Below are positions 35,228 through 43,773 of a DNA stretch of 64,000 bases, piece after piece. The stretch comes from Ruminococcus sp. (lineage in GTDB: Bacteria > Bacillota > Clostridia > Oscillospirales > Ruminococcaceae). A program made the translations under genes and the position numbers. The notes beneath the pieces are model-generated. The model did not search any database. It had not been told where the DNA came from and was given only the letters and a program-made list of their open reading frames with translations. Within the stretch, counting starts at the first letter, position 1, and each line of letters begins with the position of its first letter. Location: contig JAAVHJ010000033.1 of NCBI GenBank assembly GCA_014799805.1, forward strand, positions 2,326 to 66,325, read 5' to 3'.

Positions 35228-35278
35228 AATTACACACTTCTTTCTTTTAAAATTTACAGCTAAGCTGTTATAGTTATT

Positions 35279-35307
35279 AGTATAGCACTTTTTTAGAAAA
35301 CTTGCAA
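35279..35307 (-). promoter_or_regulatory. Sigma-A promoter of the COG0523 operon
   Basis: On the minus strand: TTGCAA, 17 nt, TATACT. The perfect palindrome ACAGCT-n-AGCTGT (35256-35268) lies just downstream. Confidence 0.45.
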
Positions 35308-35332
35308 GAGGAGATTTAAAATTTTCCTGATT

Positions 35333-35353
35333 TTATCACAAAACTTGTGATAA
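35333..35353. promoter_or_regulatory. Perfect 9-bp inverted repeat upstream of the COG0523 promoter (candidate regulator site)
   Basis: TTATCACAA-aac-TTGTGATAA, centred about 70 bp upstream of the predicted transcription start. Confidence 0.35.
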
Positions 35354-35381
35354 CACTAAAATTTTTGTAAACCAATGCAAC

Positions 35382-35404
35382 AAAAAGAGCTGAAATATCA
35401 GCCC
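35382..35404 (-). terminator. Intrinsic terminator of the 35432..35914 gene
   Basis: On the minus strand: GGGCTGA-tatt-TCAGCTC followed by TTTTTGTTG. Confidence 0.55.
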
Positions 35405-35431
35405 TTTTATAATTTCAAATAATTTTAAATT

Positions 35432-35914
35432 CTAAGTAAGTGTATACTCATCTGAAATTGTTTGTTTTCCAGATTCAAATTTGATAAATTTATTATCTTT
35501 AAAAGTCACTGTTCCTATTTCACGATAAGGCATTTGTTGGTGTGCGGATTTGGAACAAGCTAAACTGAAATTATCACCCTTTGATGTTTCAAAAATTAAT
35601 TCAAATTTTTCATTACGTATCGAAGAATGGTGATATTCATCTAATAAACGCTTACGTTCATCAGATTTGAATATCACACAAGCTGTTTCTGTTTTAAAAT
35701 TTTTCGGAGTATTTTTTAGAACTAATTTATTTTCTGAAACAGAATGATTTTCATGTTCCTCATCTTTATTTTCATACGCATCATCTTCATCATTATCAAT
35801 GCTATCTGTATTTTTTTCAGTAAACATAGTTCTGCTACTGGAAATGATAATCATAATCAGCAAAATCAATCCCATAATAGCAAGACCAAATAATAAAATT
35901 GTAGTAAGTGTCAT
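35432..35914 (-). CDS. Membrane-anchored protein, DUF2500-like
   Basis: An N-terminal TM, an acidic linker, and a small beta-rich domain ending GTVTFKDNKFIKFE. Weak recall-based call. Confidence 0.35.
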   Translation of the reverse strand: MTLTTILLFGLAIMGLILLIMIIISSSRTMFTEKNTDSIDNDEDDAYENKDEEHENHSVSENKLVLKNTPKNFKTETACVIFKSDERKRLLDEYHHSSIRNEKFELIFETSKGDNFSLACSKSAHQQMPYREIGTVTFKDNKFIKFESGKQTISDEYTLT

Positions 35915-35917
35915 AGA

Positions 35918-36928
35918 TTAAAGACCATTTGGATTCTGTTGCATGAATCGCCAGCTGTCTTCACACATTGTTTCTAACGTTTCGTGTGCTTCCCAATTCA
36001 GAAGTTGTTTGGCAAGTTCTGCATTTGCATAAGAAGAAGCAATATCGCCTGCACGTCTGTCAGTAATCCGATATTTTAATGCATGACCGCAAGCTTTTTC
36101 ATAAGCATGAATCATTTCTAATACGCTTACACCATGACCTGTGCCAAGATTAATTGCAATAAAGCCTTTATTCTGATTTGCATAATCCAATGCAGAAACA
36201 TGTCCCTTTGCTAAATCAACAACATGAATATAATCTCTGACACCTGTACCATCTGGTGTATCATAATCATTGCCAAATACAGAAATTTGTTCTAATTTAC
36301 CAACAGCAACCTGTCCGATATAAGGCAGTAAATTATTAGGAATTCCGTTAGGGTCTTCGCCGATTAATCCGCTTTTATGTGCTCCAATCGGATTAAAATA
36401 ACGCAGAGCAACAACCCGAAATTCAGGGTCAGCGATACAAACATCATGCAAAATTTGTTCAATCATAACTTTTGTATAGCCGTAAGGATTTGTTGCAGAA
36501 GTCGGCATATTTTCTACATAAGGCACAGGATTATTCACACCGTAAACTGTTGCGGAAGAAGAAAATACAAATTTCTTGCAGGCAAATTCACGCATAATTT
36601 TTAATAATACAAACGTACCATTAATATTATTTTCATAATATTCTAAAGGCTTTTCTACAGATTCGCCAACAGCTTTCAAGCCTGCGAAATGCACAACAGA
36701 ATCAATTTCCTGTTCTGTAAAAATTGTTCTAACGGCTTCTTCATCACGCATGTCAGCCCTATAAAAACCTATCTGTTTACCTGTAATTTTTTCAATTCTG
36801 TGAATGCTTTTTTCTTTGGAATTGCTTAAATTATCCAGTACGACTACAGAATAACCTGCCTCCAGAAATTCAACACAAGTATGACTGCCGATAAATCCAG
36901 CACCACCAGTTACTAAAATTTTTCCCAT
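35918..36928 (-). CDS. galE: UDP-glucose 4-epimerase
   Basis: KILVTGGAGFIGSH Rossmann motif and the YGYTK catalytic motif. The start is at MGKI after AAAGGAG. Confidence 0.9.
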   Translation of the reverse strand: MGKILVTGGAGFIGSHTCVEFLEAGYSVVVLDNLSNSKEKSIHRIEKITGKQIGFYRADMRDEEAVRTIFTEQEIDSVVHFAGLKAVGESVEKPLEYYENNINGTFVLLKIMREFACKKFVFSSSATVYGVNNPVPYVENMPTSATNPYGYTKVMIEQILHDVCIADPEFRVVALRYFNPIGAHKSGLIGEDPNGIPNNLLPYIGQVAVGKLEQISVFGNDYDTPDGTGVRDYIHVVDLAKGHVSALDYANQNKGFIAINLGTGHGVSVLEMIHAYEKACGHALKYRITDRRAGDIASSYANAELAKQLLNWEAHETLETMCEDSWRFMQQNPNGL

Positions 36929-37063
36929 GGGAAACGCTCCTTTTAAACTCAAAATTAAAATAAATTTTCTATATTACTAGTATATACGATTTTCATTAAG
37001 TTTTCAAGTATTTTTTGAGAAAAACTTTATTATATTTTATTTTTTGTAGATTTTCGCTAAAAT

Positions 37064-38863
37064 TTACTCTACTTGAAAACAAATCCCTGAAAATGCTGGC
37101 AAAGATATTTTAAAATAATTATCTTTGGGTGTAATGACTGTTCCAACAGTATCCTGACCAGAACCGCCATAAATTTCAGCATTTGTATCTAAAAGCACAA
37201 TCAGACGCTTTGCATCACAATGCAAAATATAATTCTCCTGTGGAATCCCTGCAAAATTAAATACACCAAGAATAGATTCTTTAGAAGAATATCTCTGCAT
37301 AGCATAGACACAAGGATATTTCTGTGAACAATCACGCCATTCAAAACCGCCTTGCGTATAATCACGTTCAAATAATGCTGAATGGTTTAAATATAAAAAA
37401 TTAATATCTTTGATAAATTGCTGAAATTTCGCATGGATAGGATAATTTAATAAAAACCAGTCTTGTTCTCTTTTTTCATTCCATTCACGGAGCTGTCCGA
37501 ATTCACTGCCCATAAAATCTAATAATTTTCCTGCATGGATAGTATTATATAAATAAAATACTCTTGCTTGAGGGAATTTATTTTCATATTGTCCATTCAT
37601 TTTTTGTAAAATAGTTGCCTTACCATGAACATTTTCGTCATGGGAAAACGGCAGAATATAATATTCAGTATGATAATATAGCATAGAAAATGTCAATTTT
37701 TGTGAAGCATGATAGCGATACAATGGGTCAGTCTGGAAATAATTTAGTGTATCATTCATATAGCCCATATCCCATTTATAATCAAATCCCAATCCATCTT
37801 GCGAAACAGGAGCCGTTACATTTGGAAAATTCGTAGAATCTTCTGCACATAAAATGCAATTTGGAAATCTTTGTTTTAGCCCTGCATTCATAGTTTTAAT
37901 AAATTCAAGAGATTTGCCATTCACACCAGATTCAGGATTGCCATGCCAGTAAATCATACGACTGATTGCGTCCATGCGTAATCCGTCAAAATGATATTCT
38001 TCCAGCCAATAACAAGCATTAGACTGTAAAAAACTTCTGACTTCGCCCCTAGAATGAATAAAATTATAACTACCCCATTCACTGATACCTGCACTATCGT
38101 TTGGATATTCATACAAGGGCATACCATCAAATTTTGCAAGTCCATAACTATCTATTGCAAAATGCACTAATACAAAATCTAATAATACACCTATTTGATT
38201 TTGATGACACTTGTCTATAAAAGCTTTTAATTGCTGAGCTGTACCATAACGGGATGTTGGTGCAAAAAATCCTGTATTCTGATAGCCCCAGGATTCATCA
38301 CAGGGGTGTTCGGAAATTGGCATTAGTTCTATATAATTATAACCCATTTCTTTTACATAAGGAATTAATAAATCTGCAATTTCTTCATAATTATACCATT
38401 CGCCAGATTCATCTTCTGGGTTTTTTTTCTTTTGCTTCCAAGAGCCTAAATGCACTTCATAAATATGCAGGGGTTTGTCTTTGCAATCTGTTCTATGACG
38501 CATCCAGTTACTATCATGAAATACATAATCTGATAAATCCCGAATGACAGAACAAAATGCTGGTCTCAAATCCATGCCGAATCCGTAAGGGTCACAATGT
38601 TCTGTATAACTGCCATCTTTATGCCAGATTTTATATAAATATCTTTGTCCAGCTTGTGCCTGTGGAACAGTAACTTCCCAAAAATGCTCGTTAAAACTAT
38701 GATACATTTCCCAATCTTGCCAGTTGTTAAATTCTCCAATTAATGTAATTCGTTCTGCATGTGGTGCATACACTCGAAATAAATAACCATTTTCAGCTTT
38801 ATGCACGCCTAAATATTTATGTGCATCAAAAATTTGCCCTGTATAAAATCCATAAATATCCAT
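37064..38863 (-). CDS. glgB: 1,4-alpha-glucan branching enzyme
   Basis: GH13 motifs DFVLVHF, GLRMDAIS, AEDST and FSHDE, with an N-terminal CBM48-like region. The start is at MDIYGF (38863). Confidence 0.9.
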   Translation of the reverse strand: MDIYGFYTGQIFDAHKYLGVHKAENGYLFRVYAPHAERITLIGEFNNWQDWEMYHSFNEHFWEVTVPQAQAGQRYLYKIWHKDGSYTEHCDPYGFGMDLRPAFCSVIRDLSDYVFHDSNWMRHRTDCKDKPLHIYEVHLGSWKQKKKNPEDESGEWYNYEEIADLLIPYVKEMGYNYIELMPISEHPCDESWGYQNTGFFAPTSRYGTAQQLKAFIDKCHQNQIGVLLDFVLVHFAIDSYGLAKFDGMPLYEYPNDSAGISEWGSYNFIHSRGEVRSFLQSNACYWLEEYHFDGLRMDAISRMIYWHGNPESGVNGKSLEFIKTMNAGLKQRFPNCILCAEDSTNFPNVTAPVSQDGLGFDYKWDMGYMNDTLNYFQTDPLYRYHASQKLTFSMLYYHTEYYILPFSHDENVHGKATILQKMNGQYENKFPQARVFYLYNTIHAGKLLDFMGSEFGQLREWNEKREQDWFLLNYPIHAKFQQFIKDINFLYLNHSALFERDYTQGGFEWRDCSQKYPCVYAMQRYSSKESILGVFNFAGIPQENYILHCDAKRLIVLLDTNAEIYGGSGQDTVGTVITPKDNYFKISLPAFSGICFQVE

Positions 38864-39060
38864 GTAAAAAACCTTCTTTCTAAAAATTTGAAAAAATACT
38901 TGCAGATTATAAAAAAATCTGCTATAATAAAAATATACTTTATAATTATATATTATACAATGCTTTTTTTCCCTAAGCAATCTGCATTTTTTGATAATAG
39001 TCTGATAAGCGACGGATGTCTAAAATTATCTAATATTTTATCCTAACAGGAGGAATTTCT

Positions 39061-39627
39061 ATGGATTTACGTCAGCAACGCACAAAGCGTAATATTACCA
39101 ATGCATTTTTAAAACTGCGTAGTCAAAAACCCCTTGAAAAAATCACAATAAAAGAACTTGCTGAAAAAGCCGAGATTCACAAAGCAACGTTTTATTTACA
39201 TTATCATGATATTTATGAATTATCAGAAGTGCTGGAATTGGAAGTAATCCATAATATTTTAAATGGTTTGTCTGATCCTACAATGTTACTAACTGATACA
39301 GAACGATTTGGTGAAGAGTTATATTATTTCATCATGTCATATGATAGTATATTAGAAATTTTATTTTCCGATAGCCGTGCTGGAATGTTTACTATGAAAC
39401 TGGAAAAATGTCTGAAAGAATATATTTTTGAAAGAAAACCTGATTGGAATACACTTGAAATGAATGTCATTTTAACATGTTTAGTTCATGGGGGATATCA
39501 TACTTATGTACAATATAAACATGAAATTCGCAAAAGCCAAGTAGATTTAAAACAGATTACCCTGATGATTAATAAAATAGCTGGTTCTGTTCTCAGTATG
39601 TACACACAGGAAAATCAATCACAATAA
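39061..39627 (+). CDS. TetR/AcrR family transcriptional regulator
   Basis: N-terminal HTH ITIKELAEKAEIHKATFYLHYHDIYEL. Confidence 0.8.
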   Translation: MDLRQQRTKRNITNAFLKLRSQKPLEKITIKELAEKAEIHKATFYLHYHDIYELSEVLELEVIHNILNGLSDPTMLLTDTERFGEELYYFIMSYDSILEILFSDSRAGMFTMKLEKCLKEYIFERKPDWNTLEMNVILTCLVHGGYHTYVQYKHEIRKSQVDLKQITLMINKIAGSVLSMYTQENQSQ

Positions 39628-39889
39628 GAAACATCATATTTATTCATGATTTTAAATTTTAAATTTCAAATGCGTAGCATTCTTTCTGCAAAATATTTTA
39701 TATTTTAGTAAAAAGCAACAAAATAAAAATAGAATCCTGTGATTTTTGATTTTTAAAATAATTAATTTAAGTAATAAAAAATTTGCAATTCAAGAATATT
39801 TTTCTATCTAATAATACTTAGAGTAAAATTTATGTGTTGATTTAGTGAAAATTTCTAAAAAAAAAATAACTATTTATGAAAAAATACAG

Positions 39890-39918
39890 TTGCATTTTTG
39901 ATAGCTAAATGCTATAAT
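39890..39918 (+). promoter_or_regulatory. Sigma-A promoter of the pilC operon
   Basis: TTGCAT, 17 nt, TGcTATAAT. Confidence 0.5.
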
Positions 39919-39986
39919 TAAAATACTGGAGTATTATGCTGAAATATTCTTGCAAATACAAACCAAAATTTATTGGAGGTGGTCGA

Positions 39987-41183
39987 ATGAAAAGTTTTTC
40001 CTACGTTGCAACAACGCCTGCAGGTAAGCAGGTAAAAGGCACTATCAATGCAGAAGACGCAAAAGAATTTGCGACAAAAGCAAAAGAAAAGGGTCTGACG
40101 GTTACAAAATACGAGGAAAAAGAAATCGGCAAAAAGAAAACTATTAAGAAATTCAGCACCAAAGATTTGGCATTCAACTGTAGACAGCTTGCAGCAATGC
40201 TGACTTCCGGTTTGACACTGGTAAAAGCTTTGGACATTCTTAGTAAAGAACAGCCGACAGAAGAAGCAAAGGAACTTTGGCAGAGCGTTTATGAAAACGT
40301 TCAAAAAGGTGAATCGTTTTCTGATTCCCTTTCCCAGTACCGAGGCGTTTTCCCTGAATTCATGATTTCCATGATTGCGGCAGGTGAAACGTCAGGCTCA
40401 CTGGACACAATTTCACAAGATTTGTCCGATTATTACCAAAAGCAAAACAAAATGAATAATACAATCAAAGGTGCGATTACTTACCCAATTATTTTGGGCG
40501 TACTTTGTATTGTAATTGTTATTTTCATGTTTGCTTTTATCATGCCGACTTTTGCAGGCATGTACGAAAACCCAGATGACATGCCAGCGTTGACAAAAGT
40601 CATGATGGGTTTTAGTGATTCACTGGTTAGCTATTGGTATATCTATGTCGCTGTAATAATTGGTATTATTTTTGCTGTGACATATATGATGAAAATACCA
40701 AGCACAAGGCTAAAATGGGATAAGCTGATTATAAAAGGTCCTGGTTTTGGTCCTTTGGTTGTAAAAGTTTATACAGCCCGTTTTGCTAGTACACTTTCTT
40801 CTTTATATTCTTCTGGTATTCCTATGGTAGATTGCTTAAGACGTTCTTCTGATATTTTGGGCAATATGTATATCAGTGAATGCTTTGAACAAGTCATTGA
40901 CGAAGTAAAACAAGGTGAAACGTTGTCATCTGCAATTCAGAGAACAGAAATTTTTGATTCTATGTTCTGTTCCATTATTTTCGTTGGTGAAGAAGCTGGT
41001 GCGTTAGATACAATTTTGAGTAAAACTGCTGATTACTATGACGAAGAAGCCGATTCTGCTGTTGGTCGTTTGGTCGGAATGCTTGAACCTCTCATGATTA
41101 TTATCATGGGTATTGCTGTAGGTTTGTTATTAGCATCTATCTTCCCAGCATTGTATGGCTCATTTGATGCGATTGCCGCATAA
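39987..41183 (+). CDS. pilC: Type IV pilus platform protein PilC (GspF family)
   Basis: Two GspF repeats (LA...QLA.ML.SGL.L..AL and a second with SG.P....L) and three TMs. The ATG at 39987 follows GGAGGTGG. Confidence 0.9.
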   Translation: MKSFSYVATTPAGKQVKGTINAEDAKEFATKAKEKGLTVTKYEEKEIGKKKTIKKFSTKDLAFNCRQLAAMLTSGLTLVKALDILSKEQPTEEAKELWQSVYENVQKGESFSDSLSQYRGVFPEFMISMIAAGETSGSLDTISQDLSDYYQKQNKMNNTIKGAITYPIILGVLCIVIVIFMFAFIMPTFAGMYENPDDMPALTKVMMGFSDSLVSYWYIYVAVIIGIIFAVTYMMKIPSTRLKWDKLIIKGPGFGPLVVKVYTARFASTLSSLYSSGIPMVDCLRRSSDILGNMYISECFEQVIDEVKQGETLSSAIQRTEIFDSMFCSIIFVGEEAGALDTILSKTADYYDEEADSAVGRLVGMLEPLMIIIMGIAVGLLLASIFPALYGSFDAIAA

Positions 41184-41212
41184 TTTAACAACTAGAGAGG
41201 TGGAAAATAAAT

Positions 41213-42877
41213 ATGCTTTCATTTGATATTACTGACAGAAATATCCGTATTATAAAGGGTACGGAGAGCAACGGCAAGATTAGAGTTGTCAATGCGGCAG
41301 AAATGAAACTTGACGAAGCTGTAATTATGAACGGGCATGTAAATGACCCGAACCGTGTGGCTGCGACAATCAGCCAGGTTTTTAAGGAAACAGGAATTGC
41401 CGACAAAGAAGCCATTATTTCAATTTCTTCTAACCAGACTGTTTTCAAAGAGTTAATGATTCCCCCAAATCCAAAAGAATCTGAATTTTTGAAAAATGTT
41501 CGTATGGAACTTCAAAGTCAAATTAATATTGATGATTCTTATTCTGTTGGCTATACGATTGTAGGCGAACCAGAAGAAAATGCAAATCATGAAAAATTAC
41601 AAAAAGTTCTTGCAACGGCATGTCCCCGTGAAGTAATTGATAGCTACAGAAGTATTTTCCGTATGCTTGGTGTGACATTAAAATCTGTTATGATTGGTTG
41701 TAATGCCATCACAAAAATATTACTGGCAGATGCAAAAAATAAGGCTAAAATGCCTTTGCTTGCTGTACAGATTGATGCTAATTTTATCAGCTTGAACTTA
41801 TATGAAGAAAGTCAGCTGTCATTCTCACGTTTCGCATCAATTGACCCTGAAGACTATGATAACCCAAATGACTATATTTATGAAGCTGTGAATGAAAATA
41901 TTAGCCGTATGTTACAATTTGCCAGAATTCGTGGCTCAGAAGATATTTATAATGTTGTATTCTATGGTGATATTGACGCTTCACCTGATTTATATAAACG
42001 TCTGGAAGATTTTCTGAAAAGAGATGAAATCACAGTTAGTAAATTAATTGCACCGCCACAAATTCATGGCAATCAGAATTTGAAATTTTCGATTTATGCC
42101 AATGCAATTGGTGCAATGTTCAAACGTGATAAATTAACAGAATATATTAACTTGCTTGAAACAGATATTGCATTACAAGGTGTCGCTGGCAGAGTACAAG
42201 ATAACGGCTCTTTTGCAATTATTGCTGGTGTCGGCATTGGGTTAAGTGTTGTTATTGTTGGTGCAGTATTTGGCGTTCTTTTTGGAATGGATTTAAAATA
42301 CAAAAACGCTACAAAAGACCTTAAAGCAAAATTGGAGTCCCCAGATACTGCTGCACAACTTCAGCAATATGATGATTTACAAGTCATGAAAGACAATGTA
42401 AGGCTGTATTCTGAAAATATTAATAGTGCAAGTGATGCTTATAAAACACAACCTATTATTTATAATGCAATATATGATGCGATTGATGAAGCAATGGAAA
42501 CTGTTACGGACCAAACAGATGGTATCAATGAAAGTCCATCTTATTCTGTAGATTATGAAGATGGTATTTTGACTGTTTCTGTTGTTGTTCAGACAACAGA
42601 AGAATTCTCACAAAAATATCCGTCTAATCTTGTGCAGTATCTCTATGAAACATACGGCGAAGAAGCAAGCGAAAAAGAAAACCGACTTTTCTCATCTGTG
42701 GAATATGAAAGCTATACACTTACTACAACTGCAAATTCAGAAAACCCTAATGATGAGAGAAAAACAATTTCTTTTGATTTGGCAGTTTCTATGTTGCCAA
42801 GTGAATTACCTGAAATTGTAGAAGAAACTGTCCCTGAAGAAACAACTGCTGATGAAAATGCAGATTCAGCAGAATAA
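41213..42877 (+). CDS. pilM: PilM-PilN fusion-type pilus assembly protein with extended extracellular C-terminus
   Basis: An actin-like PilM N-terminus (LSFDITDRNIRIIKG...), a single TM at about aa 375-400, a coiled-coil PilN-like segment, and an acidic tail. Confidence 0.7.
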   Translation: MLSFDITDRNIRIIKGTESNGKIRVVNAAEMKLDEAVIMNGHVNDPNRVAATISQVFKETGIADKEAIISISSNQTVFKELMIPPNPKESEFLKNVRMELQSQINIDDSYSVGYTIVGEPEENANHEKLQKVLATACPREVIDSYRSIFRMLGVTLKSVMIGCNAITKILLADAKNKAKMPLLAVQIDANFISLNLYEESQLSFSRFASIDPEDYDNPNDYIYEAVNENISRMLQFARIRGSEDIYNVVFYGDIDASPDLYKRLEDFLKRDEITVSKLIAPPQIHGNQNLKFSIYANAIGAMFKRDKLTEYINLLETDIALQGVAGRVQDNGSFAIIAGVGIGLSVVIVGAVFGVLFGMDLKYKNATKDLKAKLESPDTAAQLQQYDDLQVMKDNVRLYSENINSASDAYKTQPIIYNAIYDAIDEAMETVTDQTDGINESPSYSVDYEDGILTVSVVVQTTEEFSQKYPSNLVQYLYETYGEEASEKENRLFSSVEYESYTLTTTANSENPNDERKTISFDLAVSMLPSELPEIVEETVPEETTADENADSAE

Positions 42878-42895
42878 AGGAGGTTGATTTTAATT

Positions 42896-43720
42896 ATGAC
42901 ACGTGAAATGAGTTACAGAGACAAAATGATTCTTGTGATTATCACAGCAATTATTATTCTGGCAGTAGGTTTTTTTGGCTTTATTCGTCCAAAATATAAT
43001 GCTTTGGTAACAGATAGAGATACTTATGAAACAACAAAAACAGAATGGGATGGTGTGGAATCAAAATTAAAGCAAATTCCTACTCTTCAGGATTCTATTA
43101 AAAAAGAAGCCAATGAAGCAAAAAAAGTTGCAGAATTATTTGTCAATGAAGCTTTTGAAACTGTAAATGATACATTCGATAATGCGAAATCAAATTATAT
43201 TATTGAACAGTATGTTCAGCCTATGATTGATGAAAGCGAACTGGAAGTAACTGATTTTAATGCTGAGGGAATTTCTGCTGAAAATTTAAGTTATTATTGC
43301 TATGAACCTGATGTTTTAACATATTCTTTGTTGGAAAATGCAGATATTAATGGCAGTTATGCAAAGCAGGTTTCTGATTTGCTGAAAGAAAGCAATTATT
43401 TGAAAACAAAAGAAACAGCAGAAGTAATGGTAAACAGTATCAGTCTGACTGTAAAAGGCACAAAAGAAAATTTAATGATGTTTCTTGATAAAATCAAAGA
43501 AGATGAAAATGCAATTCTGGTAACAATGGTTACGATTAATGACTATCAATTTGGTGCAGGGCAGACCCGTACTGAAAGTGTAGAAACAACTGACGAAGAA
43601 GGTAATGTGACAACTACAACCAGAGAAGTTACACTTGATGGTGATGGCAAGTCTGAAATGACTCTGGATTTGGCGTTCTATAATGCAATGCCAATTGATA
43701 ATCCGAATGTTGGTGATTAA
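42896..43720 (+). CDS. pilO: PilO-like pilus assembly protein
   Basis: An N-terminal TM followed by a coiled coil (RPKYNALVTDRDTYETTKTEW), in the position after pilMN. Confidence 0.5.
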   Translation: MTREMSYRDKMILVIITAIIILAVGFFGFIRPKYNALVTDRDTYETTKTEWDGVESKLKQIPTLQDSIKKEANEAKKVAELFVNEAFETVNDTFDNAKSNYIIEQYVQPMIDESELEVTDFNAEGISAENLSYYCYEPDVLTYSLLENADINGSYAKQVSDLLKESNYLKTKETAEVMVNSISLTVKGTKENLMMFLDKIKEDENAILVTMVTINDYQFGAGQTRTESVETTDEEGNVTTTTREVTLDGDGKSEMTLDLAFYNAMPIDNPNVGD

Positions 43721-43773
43721 ATTAATGTAAGAAAAGAGACAACAAGAAACGCTTCATCAGAAAGGTGGTTGTT

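Noticed and set aside
38864-38980. N-terminal extensions in the ORF track for glgB (39 codons), and similarly for the DJ-1-like gene (21039-21158), pilC (39936-39986), pilA (56914-57030), the ECF sigma gene (29474-29506) and galE (36929-36952).
   Set aside because: The extensions are AT-rich promoter-like sequence without an RBS. In each case an internal ATG with a good Shine-Dalgarno gives a product that starts where homologs start.
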